Below, piece after piece: positions 41,561 to 51,279 of a DNA stretch of 64,000 nucleotides. The notes under the pieces were generated by a model. That model was not told the DNA's origin, did not search any database, and saw only the letters and a program-made list of their open reading frames with translations. Position 1 is the first letter of the stretch; each line of letters starts with the position of its first letter. Origin of the DNA: Escherichia phage vB_EcoP_YF01; sequence record OQ025076.1, one strand, 5' to 3'. Position numbers and translations under genes: made by a program.

Positions 41561-42053
41561 GGTTCACCTCTACATTGTCATTTAATTTAGCAAAAGATTT
41601 ATGATGAATTGGGGCTGCTTTATTATAAGCCATAGCTGCATCTTCTTCAGAACTAAACTTTCCTAGATACAAGAGCTTATTGTCAACCCTAATCCTTGCT
41701 TCCCATTTACCAGCGTTGAAGTATATTCCTTTATACTTGGTATTCTTTCCCTTCATAACTGAACAGTTTCTGCTATTCTCTGCGGCAGTAGCTGCTCTTA
41801 GGTTATCAGGTCGTTGATCATCTCGTATTCCATTTACATGGTCTACATATTCTGGAAGATATCCGTTGTGTATAAAGAAAGCCACCCTGTGTGCTAGGTA
41901 GACCCTTCCTTTATAGTTAATATGGACATATCCACTATTTGCCTTACTTCCTGCAAAGTCTCCAACCTTCTTTCTAGGTGTATCAACTTTCCAGTAAAGA
42001 CTTCCGTCTTTATACTCAAGAAGAGAGGCAAGTTCTTCTGTACCTTCTATCAA
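41547..42053 (-). CDS. HNH homing endonuclease with AP2 domain
   Basis: Motif YVDHVNGIRDDQRPDNLRAATAAEN plus AP2-like KYKGIYFNAGKWEARIRVDNKLLYLGKF; TTG start. Confidence 0.65.
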   Translation of the reverse strand: MIEGTEELASLLEYKDGSLYWKVDTPRKKVGDFAGSKANSGYVHINYKGRVYLAHRVAFFIHNGYLPEYVDHVNGIRDDQRPDNLRAATAAENSRNCSVMKGKNTKYKGIYFNAGKWEARIRVDNKLLYLGKFSSEEDAAMAYNKAAPIHHKSFAKLNDNVEVNLGNS

Positions 42054-42056
42054 AAC

Positions 42057-44087
42057 TTAACCTCTATTCAATGAACATTTAGGAGAATTACAATAAACTT
42101 GATTCATAGAACCAAGCGTACAACTTTCAGCATCGCGCCACGGAATCTGCTTAAAACACTCTGAGCAGTAGCCGAGGGTTGACCACATGGCTTTGGTGAA
42201 GTCAGTGCTTCGGTTTCCGTCGAAGCTGACAACAGTTTTGCGGAGAGCTGTTCGTGATTCAGGAAACACACCTGCTTTCTCAGCAGGTTCCTCCTTTTTT
42301 GGCTTAGTTGAGATTGCAAAAATACTGTTGCTACGTTTCTCAACATAAGCATCAACAACATCCTCCAGAGTGATGCCTGTCTGTTTCGCTGAGGAAGGTA
42401 ATACAGTCATACGACCGATCATATCTTCAGTTACACGTAAAGCAAATTCAGGACGACGGGCGTTTGTTGTATCTGTTGCTTTAATCCAGACATAACCATC
42501 TTTGATCGTAGCATTAGATACCTTCTTCTTTACTTCTACAGCGCAGACTTTACAGATATCTTCACCACGAAGACGACTGAGTTCCTCATCAAACTCGTTC
42601 TCTGTTTTAACTTCACCGCAGATTTCACAAACACCAATAGGAGTCTCCTCCTCTTCTTCATCTTTAGGTTTAGTCAAACCTTCCAGACATTCAGGGTGCC
42701 AGTAGCACTGATATGCGAAGACTGCTTTAGGTGCATCCTTCCAATCAATGTGTTTGTCACAACCACCGCAATCACCATGAGAGTGTGCTTCCCAGAATTT
42801 ACGAGTGATAGTAACGCCATTCTTATTGACGAAACTATCATTCATGTCAAAAGGGATATCATCATCAAAGTCAGCAGTAGTAGACTCAGGCTCCTTTTTC
42901 TCCAGAGATGGGTCAACAAAACGACCTGCTGTGATCACTAAACGAACCATAGCATTAACTTCGGAGATGCAGGATACTGTCCCACGGTAAACAATTTTAG
43001 GGTCTTTCAGGGCATCCTGATAAGCCTTAATGTCTACGTTATGAACATCACCTTCGATATACTCTTGAGATTTCTCATCGTAGATATAACCAATCATCTT
43101 ACCACGAGAAGGAACAGCACCAGCTGTTGCATAAGGAACAAACTCATGTGGTGTGATTTCCACAGTCATATCGCGGCGAATGTCAATGTTTCGATCGCTT
43201 GCGATTTTGTTTTGACTTACCACTGCGTTTCTTCGACGAACGTCTGCCGCTGTCACTCCCGGCTTCGTGTCGTAAGGATTGCTTGTACTGCTTTTTGAGG
43301 AACTTTGATAATTGCTTTGGCTGTAGTTGTTCGAGTAGTAATTGCCCCAACGATTGATTACCGTAAAAACCGGAAGCTCGTGGGCGACCTCTTCAACTAG
43401 AGTCATACTGTTGTTTGACATGTTAAAGATATACTCTGTACCAACTTTACATTCAAAGTGCTCATCAATTCGGTTTTTGTGAGACTTAGAACGCTTCAGA
43501 ATCCACATCAACATGTCTTCTTCAGAAGCACCAAACCAATCTCTGTTACAACGTGCGAGATGGAAAGGACGCTCTTCGTTGCGGATGATATGAAGGCGGT
43601 TATCAGAAGCATCATGCCAGATTAAGGTGAAAGCACCATCCAGCTTTTGAATAGTCTCTGCTGCACCAATAGTGTTAATAGAGTGGCAGATATTCTCACT
43701 ATCTACCTCGAAGTTTTTACTGTCAGGTAACAGGTCTTGGTCCATCAAGGTTCCGTTATGAACCAGAGTGATGTTACCATGTTGGAAAGGATGGGCGTTC
43801 TTGGCGTTAACTGCACCTTTCGTTGCATGACGGCTGTGACCAACAATCCATGAAGGCGCTACAGTGTAAGCTGTTTCACCAGTGGTGTGCTTCTTGTACT
43901 CATCTTGTAGGATGAATGCGAAAGAAGGAAGAGCTTCTTTATAGGTGAAGACTTCCTTAGTGCTCTTACGCTGACCAAAGATACCAGAGGAATGTTGTCC
44001 TCGGAACACTCCAGCATAAAAGAGTTGGTTGAATACGTCTAAATCAGTGCTTGACAGATTACCGCCAGCTAATACGATGCCACAAAT
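42057..44087 (-). CDS. Class-II (Ntn) glutamine amidotransferase fused to a C-terminal Cys-rich zinc-ribbon domain
   Basis: Motif HSRHATKGAVNAKNAHPFQHGNITLVHNG; C-terminal CxxC clusters. Track ORF starts at GTG 44009, but the frame stays open upstream to (ATT)-CGIVLAGG, giving the catalytic N-terminal Cys with a GGTGG SD 8 nt upstream. Confidence 0.65.
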   Translation of the reverse strand: MCGIVLAGGNLSSTDLDVFNQLFYAGVFRGQHSSGIFGQRKSTKEVFTYKEALPSFAFILQDEYKKHTTGETAYTVAPSWIVGHSRHATKGAVNAKNAHPFQHGNITLVHNGTLMDQDLLPDSKNFEVDSENICHSINTIGAAETIQKLDGAFTLIWHDASDNRLHIIRNEERPFHLARCNRDWFGASEEDMLMWILKRSKSHKNRIDEHFECKVGTEYIFNMSNNSMTLVEEVAHELPVFTVINRWGNYYSNNYSQSNYQSSSKSSTSNPYDTKPGVTAADVRRRNAVVSQNKIASDRNIDIRRDMTVEITPHEFVPYATAGAVPSRGKMIGYIYDEKSQEYIEGDVHNVDIKAYQDALKDPKIVYRGTVSCISEVNAMVRLVITAGRFVDPSLEKKEPESTTADFDDDIPFDMNDSFVNKNGVTITRKFWEAHSHGDCGGCDKHIDWKDAPKAVFAYQCYWHPECLEGLTKPKDEEEEETPIGVCEICGEVKTENEFDEELSRLRGEDICKVCAVEVKKKVSNATIKDGYVWIKATDTTNARRPEFALRVTEDMIGRMTVLPSSAKQTGITLEDVVDAYVEKRSNSIFAISTKPKKEEPAEKAGVFPESRTALRKTVVSFDGNRSTDFTKAMWSTLGYCSECFKQIPWRDAESCTLGSMNQVYCNSPKCSLNRG

Positions 44088-44166
44088 TTTCTAATCCACC
44101 TGAAGGGTAAACCCTTTCATCTAATTAACCTTTAAATTGTGCCCCTTTGTCAGAGGCACCCATTGA

Positions 44167-45270
44167 TTACAGCGCTTGCTCTAACTGATTTTCCAGATGA
44201 TCTGGAATGTATCCTGTGATGTTGCTATCACTGTGACCTGACTCACGTAGCAAGTCAAAAATAGCACGGATACGTTGCTCTGGTGCAGATCGTACAGTAG
44301 ATAGGTCAGTTGTACGAAGCATAACCAGAATCTCTTGGTACAAGTTGTTAGCGTTCCCTCGTACATATCCAAGGAATCCGTAGAAGTCTGAGATAAGACG
44401 TAAGTCAACAAGAACTTCTCCGTTGGAGTTGGTTCGACGTAAACGAATACGACCAGACTGCTCTACTCCATGAGAACGGCAATACAAAACATCACGGGCC
44501 ATACAATACCCTGAATGCAAATCCGATTCGTCCAGATTGTAATCCAGAGGAAGGTAAGGAAGCATTGGGGCAAATCGTACAGTATTTAAATGCTCAATAA
44601 ACTGATCATTGCTCATCTCTGCGTTATCTAAAGCCAGCTTCTTCAACATCAAGAAGCGGTTAACCAGATTGAGAAGTTGACCACGTTTCCACTTAGGCTC
44701 ACTGATACGGAACTCAATCGAACCGTATTGGGCAAGTGGCAGAAGGTTCAGAGATGTATATTTATCCCACGAACGAACCAGACGGTTGAAGAACTCTTCA
44801 TCGTCGTAGTTAAATGCGTCAGAGGCATTCATTACCTGTGCTTGTACCACTGCAAACGCAGGGCAGAAGTTGCTACGGTAACGATGATAGCCTGAACACT
44901 TGAACAACACCTTTTCATAGAAGGTCCAAGCGAGAATGGTTTTCTTGAGGATATTACTATCAGCATCCCTCATATCCATATGAACGTGAGTAGAGCAACG
45001 CCAAGTCCCCTCGGCGTGCGATTCAGCTACTGCTTCACTCAGGTTGTTGATAGCGTCTAACAACTCCTGTCCGTTGTAAGGTCGTGAACATACCATTTCA
45101 CAACCATTACGCAGGGAACCATCCTCTGTACAATCCCACATATCTGCTTCGATATGATCGGAACCTTCGAGTTCAAGTTCAATACCGACACCGCACTGAA
45201 GTGCAATTGAACTATGCGCCTCAGTTAAACGACCTTCTCGATATCCAAAAGTTTGCGCTACAGTTGTCAT
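44167..45270 (-). CDS. Glutamine-synthetase-like amidoligase (carboxylate-amine ligase family)
   Basis: Motifs GVGIELELEG and CSTHVHMDMRD (E-x-E and HVH signatures). Confidence 0.6.
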   Translation of the reverse strand: MTTVAQTFGYREGRLTEAHSSIALQCGVGIELELEGSDHIEADMWDCTEDGSLRNGCEMVCSRPYNGQELLDAINNLSEAVAESHAEGTWRCSTHVHMDMRDADSNILKKTILAWTFYEKVLFKCSGYHRYRSNFCPAFAVVQAQVMNASDAFNYDDEEFFNRLVRSWDKYTSLNLLPLAQYGSIEFRISEPKWKRGQLLNLVNRFLMLKKLALDNAEMSNDQFIEHLNTVRFAPMLPYLPLDYNLDESDLHSGYCMARDVLYCRSHGVEQSGRIRLRRTNSNGEVLVDLRLISDFYGFLGYVRGNANNLYQEILVMLRTTDLSTVRSAPEQRIRAIFDLLRESGHSDSNITGYIPDHLENQLEQAL

Positions 45271-45884
45271 AACGAATCCACCAACGTAATATTATAATTG
45301 CTAAGGTTTTCAGAGATGTGATGAAAATGCTCCAGAAGTCGCATCGGTTGTTGACCGTAAGAGTCACGAGGCGCTTCCAGATCTGCCTGACCTACCAGTG
45401 CACCTTTATAATGCACTTTACCATCTGTAGGATTGATGTAAATATAACGAGTAACCAATCCATCAAATTCAGGATTGAACAGACTGTAAACCATTTCACC
45501 AGAGATAGAACGACCAATCCCCGGAGCGTTTCGAATCTTGTTACCCATCAAACCCTTCGCTCTCTGACGAACAGGGTTGATATGAGTCCAGCTTACAGTG
45601 TTACCATTATGGAACAGATAACCAACATCAGGTGATTCAAGAATCAAGGTTGGGTCAAACACTGGAATATTCATCGTAGTGTTTCGGAGATTCCCATGCT
45701 CGTTCTTGTACCACTGCTCTACAACAAAATACAGAGCCTGTTCTGCTTCATGTGAGAAGTCATCGCTGCGGAAGTTACCGCTCTGCTCAACACCAATCAC
45801 AAAACATGGAAGGTTGATATTACCTGCTCGTTTAGCAATCCATGTACCATTATAGTAATGAGAAAAATCAGCTACTAAGCTCAC
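45267..45884 (-). CDS. Hypothetical protein (amidoligase-cluster member)
   Basis: ORF in track; ATGA coupling to upstream amidoligase. Confidence 0.45.
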   Translation of the reverse strand: MSLVADFSHYYNGTWIAKRAGNINLPCFVIGVEQSGNFRSDDFSHEAEQALYFVVEQWYKNEHGNLRNTTMNIPVFDPTLILESPDVGYLFHNGNTVSWTHINPVRQRAKGLMGNKIRNAPGIGRSISGEMVYSLFNPEFDGLVTRYIYINPTDGKVHYKGALVGQADLEAPRDSYGQQPMRLLEHFHHISENLSNYNITLVDSL

Positions 45885-45893
45885 GATAACCTC

Positions 45894-46700
45894 TTATGCT
45901 ACCTGAAGGAGTTTGATCTGCTGGTCAGCTTCTTTAACGTTGTTCCCGTTAATGATTTCATGAAGCTTCTCAATCGGAAGGCGAGAGTGCAATGCCATCA
46001 GAGTGGACATGTCACACTGCTGAACAACCTTGTCAACCTGATCGTAAACAAACTTACGGTTTTCACGATCGCTAATCCAGAAGTTAGACAGTGAACGGTA
46101 TTCGATACCATAGTCTTTATAGCGGATTGCAGACGCTTTACCGTAGAGTTCTTTACGGCGAGTATCTTTGTCCATAATTACTGCTGGGAGTGACAGGAAG
46201 TAGTCACACAGCACACCAAGCATCATCTGAGTTTGCAGAGTGATATCCAAAGCACCAACGACACCAAGATGTACGTGACCACCGGCAGTACGAAGCCCCT
46301 TGTTCTGAGAAGTCGGGGATGGGTTTTTCTGACCAGTGAAAGCGTTGAAGTCAGGAGTGCATCCAAAGATGAACGCTGATTCATTAAAGGTCTTCATCTC
46401 TTCTTCGGTGAAGATGTGAGAGCTGACACCCGGAGCTGTTTCCATATCCAGTTTGTTCAGGACATTGTTAGTAAGATCAATACCACGTTGCATGTTATCG
46501 TTAAACGCTTCAAAACCGCTCTGTGGGTCAATGTCAAACTCAGCCAGTACGTTGTCCTCTTGAAGACGAACATCCTTAGCCAGAGTGATCTTATCGTCCT
46601 TAGAACAGCCTAATAGACCAGCTACAGAGGTGATGATACCGTTGCTAGTACGAACGAACATTTCAGGGTCAGAGCCGATAAGGAATTTGCGCTTAGTCAT
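45894..46700 (-). CDS. Second glutamine-synthetase-like amidoligase
   Basis: Motifs LIGSDPEMF and GGHVHLGV. Confidence 0.55.
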   Translation of the reverse strand: MTKRKFLIGSDPEMFVRTSNGIITSVAGLLGCSKDDKITLAKDVRLQEDNVLAEFDIDPQSGFEAFNDNMQRGIDLTNNVLNKLDMETAPGVSSHIFTEEEMKTFNESAFIFGCTPDFNAFTGQKNPSPTSQNKGLRTAGGHVHLGVVGALDITLQTQMMLGVLCDYFLSLPAVIMDKDTRRKELYGKASAIRYKDYGIEYRSLSNFWISDRENRKFVYDQVDKVVQQCDMSTLMALHSRLPIEKLHEIINGNNVKEADQQIKLLQVA

Positions 46701-47664
46701 TGTAATACTCCACTAGTTCAGAAAAGAGAGATGAGATTGTGTTACCAACTTCTTCAGTAGTAAGGCCAGAGCTTGGGCCAGTACGTTGAATTAGTCGGGC
46801 GGTAAAGTTTTGTACTGTAATGTTTCCCAACTTGTCGTCTATTGATTCACGTTTGTGACCATAACAGTTGGACCAGAGTCTTAACCACTCTGACATTGTT
46901 TCATACTCGTCCGGGTCTTGATCTTTAGCACGAGCAAATCTTCGTAAGGCATCTTGGTTATGGTTACGAACATAACCGTCCTTGTTGTCACCAACACCGA
47001 AGGGGTTTTGAACCCACACTTGCTTCGTATATTCATCAGAGTCTACAACCAAAGGAAGGAATGCTGCTGCTGACATATTGTTGTTAATAACAACAGATGT
47101 ACTCTCGCTACTCCCATTGGCTCTTCCTCGTTGAGACCATCCACCGAAGAAGTCACGACCTAACCCAGCTAACACTAGAGCGATACCGATGCGTTTACGC
47201 TTCAGCCACTCTTCCCTGTCTTCAATTCCTTCTGCTAGGAAATCCATTCCACGATATTGCCCTTCCAGAATACTGCGGAAGAGCATAAGTCCTGTGAAGA
47301 TCTGATCTGCTGGATGCTCACGAAGGTTGACCGCGACACTATTCGCTGAAGTGATCGTAAATACGTCACGATAGCAAGACATAGAGTTCATAATGTCTGC
47401 TGTTTCAACCAAGTTCTTTTCAATTTCAGATGTAACATGACCATGAAAAGAGTGAGTCCAGTAATTCAACATCTCCAATTGCAAGTTGATATCACGGTTG
47501 AAGCGTCTATAACGCCCCTCTTCCGTGATAACTTCGCCATTAATATCGTTTACGCATTGGCCTTGCATGTAGTTGTGGATACCGAAGCATCCACGACCTA
47601 AGAACTTCTGTTCCCCTAAATCCTGTTGAAGATTCAGAGGTACGATCGTTGTGGAGATTGACAT
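46693..47664 (-). CDS. Hypothetical protein (amidoligase-cluster member)
   Basis: ORF in track; overlaps downstream gene start by 8 nt. Confidence 0.45.
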   Translation of the reverse strand: MSISTTIVPLNLQQDLGEQKFLGRGCFGIHNYMQGQCVNDINGEVITEEGRYRRFNRDINLQLEMLNYWTHSFHGHVTSEIEKNLVETADIMNSMSCYRDVFTITSANSVAVNLREHPADQIFTGLMLFRSILEGQYRGMDFLAEGIEDREEWLKRKRIGIALVLAGLGRDFFGGWSQRGRANGSSESTSVVINNNMSAAAFLPLVVDSDEYTKQVWVQNPFGVGDNKDGYVRNHNQDALRRFARAKDQDPDEYETMSEWLRLWSNCYGHKRESIDDKLGNITVQNFTARLIQRTGPSSGLTTEEVGNTISSLFSELVEYYND

Positions 47665-47674
47665 AACTAACCTT

Positions 47675-48871
47675 TTATTTTCCTAAAAATAATCCGCTCA
47701 TAACACCATCCCACTCAGAGGACGGAATCACTGAATACTCCGAACTTTGGTCCAGAGTCCCACTACTAAATCGCTGAACAATGTTGTAGATGTTGAACAG
47801 GTCTTTAGTCTCAGCACGAATGCCGTAGATTAGCCTGTTAGTTGTTCTCTCATTTTTAGACACGCGACGAGTAAAGTTGATCAGAAGGTTGTCACATTTC
47901 AGGATTTCTGATTCACTCTCTACTAAATCAGGGTGCATCACCGGCAAGAACATTGAGTTATTGACTCGTAATTCTGCTGTTTCATCATTCTCATAATGAA
48001 TCCACTTAAAGTCTTCATCACGGAAGTGACCACACCCATCTCTGTATGACTGTTGACGCCAAGGCACTTGAAATGCTTCAGCATATTTATCAGCCATACC
48101 AACCGTAAACAACGACGCTGGGAAGATACAAGCATCCCAATCGTTACCAACCAGAGTTGCTTTCGTTTCACCCAAGAGGTTAGTGTAAGTGCTAACCATT
48201 CGGGAATAAACGTAAGCCTGAAGGATTGTCCAGCCTTCAACCAACCATTTATGAAGGAAGGTTTCAACTTGACTCTCTTCATCTTCACAATAGAAGGTTC
48301 GATCTAACATCAAATAGAACAGACAACGATCAGCAGGAACATTCTCAGTTGCTACCCCCATAAAACCTTTCTCGTGCCAGCGTAAACAGGAGGGACGATC
48401 TTTGTCCACAAATGCTTCCATAGCTTCCAGTACAGCACGAGGTGTAGTTCGATATTCAGGGTTTTTGTCGTTCCAACGTTCGATATTATTTTTAAGCTCG
48501 CCTTCGTAGTCAATAGCACCCCAACCTAAAGCTGCGGATACAGGCTTTTCGTCACGCCAACGTCTAAAACCTAACATCTTCATGTGAGTTCCGGAGTTCC
48601 AGATATGCTTGATTTTACACATATCCATCTCTCGGCTTAACAGGAACTCTTCCCCATCAGCACTACGAACGTTAGCTTCTTCATGCCACACTCGAACGTG
48701 CATATTCCACCCATGAGTTGCCTCATACATGTTAGGGTCGAAGTAGTCATCATATTCGTCATCGTCTTCATCAACGCCACCGTTATAGTTGCGAAGCTGA
48801 AGGAACCCATAACAAGGAGGGTTGACCGTTAAAACATTACCTTCAGTATCTTCTAATGTTACTGGAAACAT
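47675..48871 (-). CDS. Hypothetical protein (amidoligase-cluster member)
   Basis: ORF in track, 398 aa; no recognised motif. Confidence 0.45.
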   Translation of the reverse strand: MFPVTLEDTEGNVLTVNPPCYGFLQLRNYNGGVDEDDDEYDDYFDPNMYEATHGWNMHVRVWHEEANVRSADGEEFLLSREMDMCKIKHIWNSGTHMKMLGFRRWRDEKPVSAALGWGAIDYEGELKNNIERWNDKNPEYRTTPRAVLEAMEAFVDKDRPSCLRWHEKGFMGVATENVPADRCLFYLMLDRTFYCEDEESQVETFLHKWLVEGWTILQAYVYSRMVSTYTNLLGETKATLVGNDWDACIFPASLFTVGMADKYAEAFQVPWRQQSYRDGCGHFRDEDFKWIHYENDETAELRVNNSMFLPVMHPDLVESESEILKCDNLLINFTRRVSKNERTTNRLIYGIRAETKDLFNIYNIVQRFSSGTLDQSSEYSVIPSSEWDGVMSGLFLGK

Positions 48872-48882
48872 TATACCAACCT

Positions 48883-49245
48883 CTATTGGTTTTTAATCAA
48901 CTCAATCGACTTACGGATATAAAGAATATCTCGGAAGTTTCTGTAGTTGTTCATAAATTGGTGCTTCTGGAAAGTAGCTTCTTCCAGAGCTTTCTTTGCT
49001 TCTGCGTAGTTTTTACGGGCAAGATGTACAACCCTCTCTGGTAACACATTTGCACGACGGATGATATACTTGTGAGCTTTCATGTTACTTTGCTCACGAG
49101 TAATCTTACCTTTAGCAACTTTGATACCATTTGCAATCCAAGCAAGTTCTTGCTCAAGCTCGTCGTTGGACATTCCACCGAGATTTGATGCAACCTTGTT
49201 CAGAGTTTCAATATTAACGTTGCCCTTAATGGGACGTGTATTCAT
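48883..49245 (-). CDS. Hypothetical protein
   Basis: ORF in track. Confidence 0.45.
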   Translation of the reverse strand: MNTRPIKGNVNIETLNKVASNLGGMSNDELEQELAWIANGIKVAKGKITREQSNMKAHKYIIRRANVLPERVVHLARKNYAEAKKALEEATFQKHQFMNNYRNFRDILYIRKSIELIKNQ

Positions 49246-49247
49246 AC

Positions 49248-49400
49248 TTACTCCTGTTGTTTACACTCGTCAATAACCCACTGATAAGTGGATTGCCCAG
49301 AAAAGAAACACTGAATAAATCCAGATGTTCTCTGCGTTACCAGTGCTAGTGCACAAATCACTACCGCTGCTGCTAGCAGTTTTAAATCTAATTTAGACAT
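49248..49400 (-). CDS. Small membrane protein (50 aa)
   Basis: ATG-initiated ORF MSKLDLKLLAAAVVICALALV...; below track cutoff. Confidence 0.3.
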   Translation of the reverse strand: MSKLDLKLLAAAVVICALALVTQRTSGFIQCFFSGQSTYQWVIDECKQQE

Positions 49401-49417
49401 ATTTCCTCTCATTGAAT

Positions 49418-49444
49418 TTAAAAAAGGACTCTCCGAAAAGAGTC
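49418..49444 (-). terminator. Rho-independent terminator (minus strand)
   Basis: GACUCU-UUUCGG-AGAGUC hairpin on minus strand followed by CUUUUUU. Confidence 0.55.
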
Positions 49445-49635
49445 AAGCTTTAAATCCAAAAAGATATTACCCAATATCTGTGGATAACCTGCTCTTAAAA
49501 TATCTATCCGACGGATGTTTGAGGAGTATTCCTCGCCCTAGCATCGGCCCCATACGGGAAATATATTAAGATTAGGTTAGTTGAGTCAGAATAACTCACA
49601 TAGCCCTCCGAAGAAGGCTATAGGCGTTACTACAA

Positions 49636-49854
49636 CTAAAAATCACCTGATTTTACAAAATCATCACTAAGAATTTCGTCAATCTCTTTGCTAGTCAAAT
49701 CTTTCCTGAACCAGCAACAAGGAACATTCACCCATTGACCAGAGTTATTCTCTACAGAGCACAGATTCCCTGTCTTACTCTTGCATTTATAGGATTTTCC
49801 TTTATCTAGACGATAGTGTAATCTGTAAACGACAGACACAAGTGTTATCATCAC
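49636..49854 (-). CDS. Hypothetical Cys-rich protein
   Basis: ORF in track. Confidence 0.4.
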   Translation of the reverse strand: MMITLVSVVYRLHYRLDKGKSYKCKSKTGNLCSVENNSGQWVNVPCCWFRKDLTSKEIDEILSDDFVKSGDF

Positions 49855-50315
49855 TCTACCCTAATAGAAGGACAAAACTTCTCTTTCTTGCTGCGATACA
49901 TCACAACAATCCAGTTTGAATCACGACGTTGCTTTTTAAGTCGTTTCTTTTCGGCACGAATTTCGTATGTGCTATCTCGGCGATCTAGGAATTTATCCCG
50001 CGCCTTAGTTGAAAGCCACGTTGTACCAATTATGAAACCGACTAGACTTCCAGCAGCACCTAAACCAACCATAGGAGCAGCAAACCAAGTCCACCATACA
50101 AACGTACCTGCTGTATCATGTCCTAGCAGTGCACCACCAATAAGACTTAACGCTACATATACCATAGCGGATAGCACTATTAATACAGCAAAGTTTTGCA
50201 CTGTTCGCCAGAAGTATTCACAGAAGTTGGTCATATTGTCCCAACGGTAATTGGGTAGGCTTGACATAGCTTTGTTGAACTTGTGCAACCAGCCGTTCTT
50301 GTTAACCTTGATCAT
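49851..50315 (-). CDS. Membrane protein (multi-pass)
   Basis: Hydrophobic segments FAVLIVLSAMVYVALSLIGGALLG and FAAPMVGLGAAGSLVGFIIG. Confidence 0.5.
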   Translation of the reverse strand: MIKVNKNGWLHKFNKAMSSLPNYRWDNMTNFCEYFWRTVQNFAVLIVLSAMVYVALSLIGGALLGHDTAGTFVWWTWFAAPMVGLGAAGSLVGFIIGTTWLSTKARDKFLDRRDSTYEIRAEKKRLKKQRRDSNWIVVMYRSKKEKFCPSIRVE

Positions 50316-50548
50316 TACTCACCTTTCTTGGCACGATCTTTGGCAGTTTTGCCAGTGCGGATACGATGGGAAACGTTAACCAGAGTGCCACCATCAACTA
50401 CGGTAACACTCTTGTTTTTAGCCAGATCGAACACAGTCTTCTCTGTGCCACCCAAGCGAATTTTCTTAGGCTCGCTGAAGGTTTGGGTTGATTTGGATTG
50501 GAACTGGAACGGTTGACGGATTGCATCGATTGCGCTTACTTTAGACAT
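50315..50548 (-). CDS. Hypothetical protein
   Basis: ORF in track. Confidence 0.45.
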   Translation of the reverse strand: MSKVSAIDAIRQPFQFQSKSTQTFSEPKKIRLGGTEKTVFDLAKNKSVTVVDGGTLVNVSHRIRTGKTAKDRAKKGE

Positions 50549-50779
50549 AGGGGAAATTCCTTAAAAAGTCATGGCTGCGTAGAGGGAATTCCCTACGCAA
50601 ATTGGTCCGCCCACAGAGAGGCGTCATAGTACTAAAAGGAGGAGAGAAGAGGGCTTATTTAGCTACCTTTTTCTGTCCGTTTACGAACCAGATAATTGAA
50701 CCGTCAGGCTGTCGTTGACCGAAGCCTTTCTGGTTGATTAGTTCATCATAAGAGTGTGCTTTCAGTCTCATTTGTTTTC

Positions 50780-51028
50780 CTACGGAGTTAAGATCATTTC
50801 AACTTTACTAAACTTCTCACCAACAACCATATCACCAGCGATTGTCCGAAGTTCCCCAGTTCCAAGATTAATAACTACGGCAGGCTTGCAACTTCTGCTA
50901 ATATCTGCTAGCATATAAATCTTGCCTAGTTGACACTCCTTCAAAGTGAATACATCTGATGTTTTCAAGTTGGAGACGCATATAGCCAAGTCTTCATCTT
51001 GCTTTACTTTGATGTGAATGGTACCCAT
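50780..51028 (-). CDS. Small early protein, paralog family member 1
   Basis: ~80 aa; shares hydrophobic/Gly pattern (L..L..G..F ... Y ... VNL.TG) with six other ORFs. Confidence 0.45.
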   Translation of the reverse strand: MGTIHIKVKQDEDLAICVSNLKTSDVFTLKECQLGKIYMLADISRSCKPAVVINLGTGELRTIAGDMVVGEKFSKVEMILTP

Positions 51029-51033
51029 CTAAA

Positions 51034-51279
51034 CTACTCCTGAACTACTGACATACGAATCATTTCTACCTGATCATCAAGGCTTTTAACAGATAGCACA
51101 CCTGTGGAAAGGTTTACCACAGGAACCCAACCACTGGCGATACGGATATTACCAGAAGCATTTTCAACCCTCATATAATACTGAGGGGAGGCACTTCCGA
51201 TCTGAACCACAAAAGGGTTTCCAGGAATGATTGTTTCCAATCGTACCGTATTATCCTTTTTCTTTGGGATGATTTTCAT
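51034..51279 (-). CDS. Small early protein, paralog family member 2
   Basis: As above. Confidence 0.45.
   Translation of the reverse strand: MKIIPKKKDNTVRLETIIPGNPFVVQIGSASPQYYMRVENASGNIRIASGWVPVVNLSTGVLSVKSLDDQVEMIRMSVVQE

Noticed and set aside
38784-48871. Interpretation of the amidoligase cluster as a DNA hypermodification pathway
   Set aside because: No hydroxymethylase-type thymidylate synthase homologue, 5-hmdU kinase, glycosyltransferase or 7-deazaguanine genes were seen; ThyX and dCTP deaminase suggest canonical dTTP synthesis. Not excluded, but not supported.
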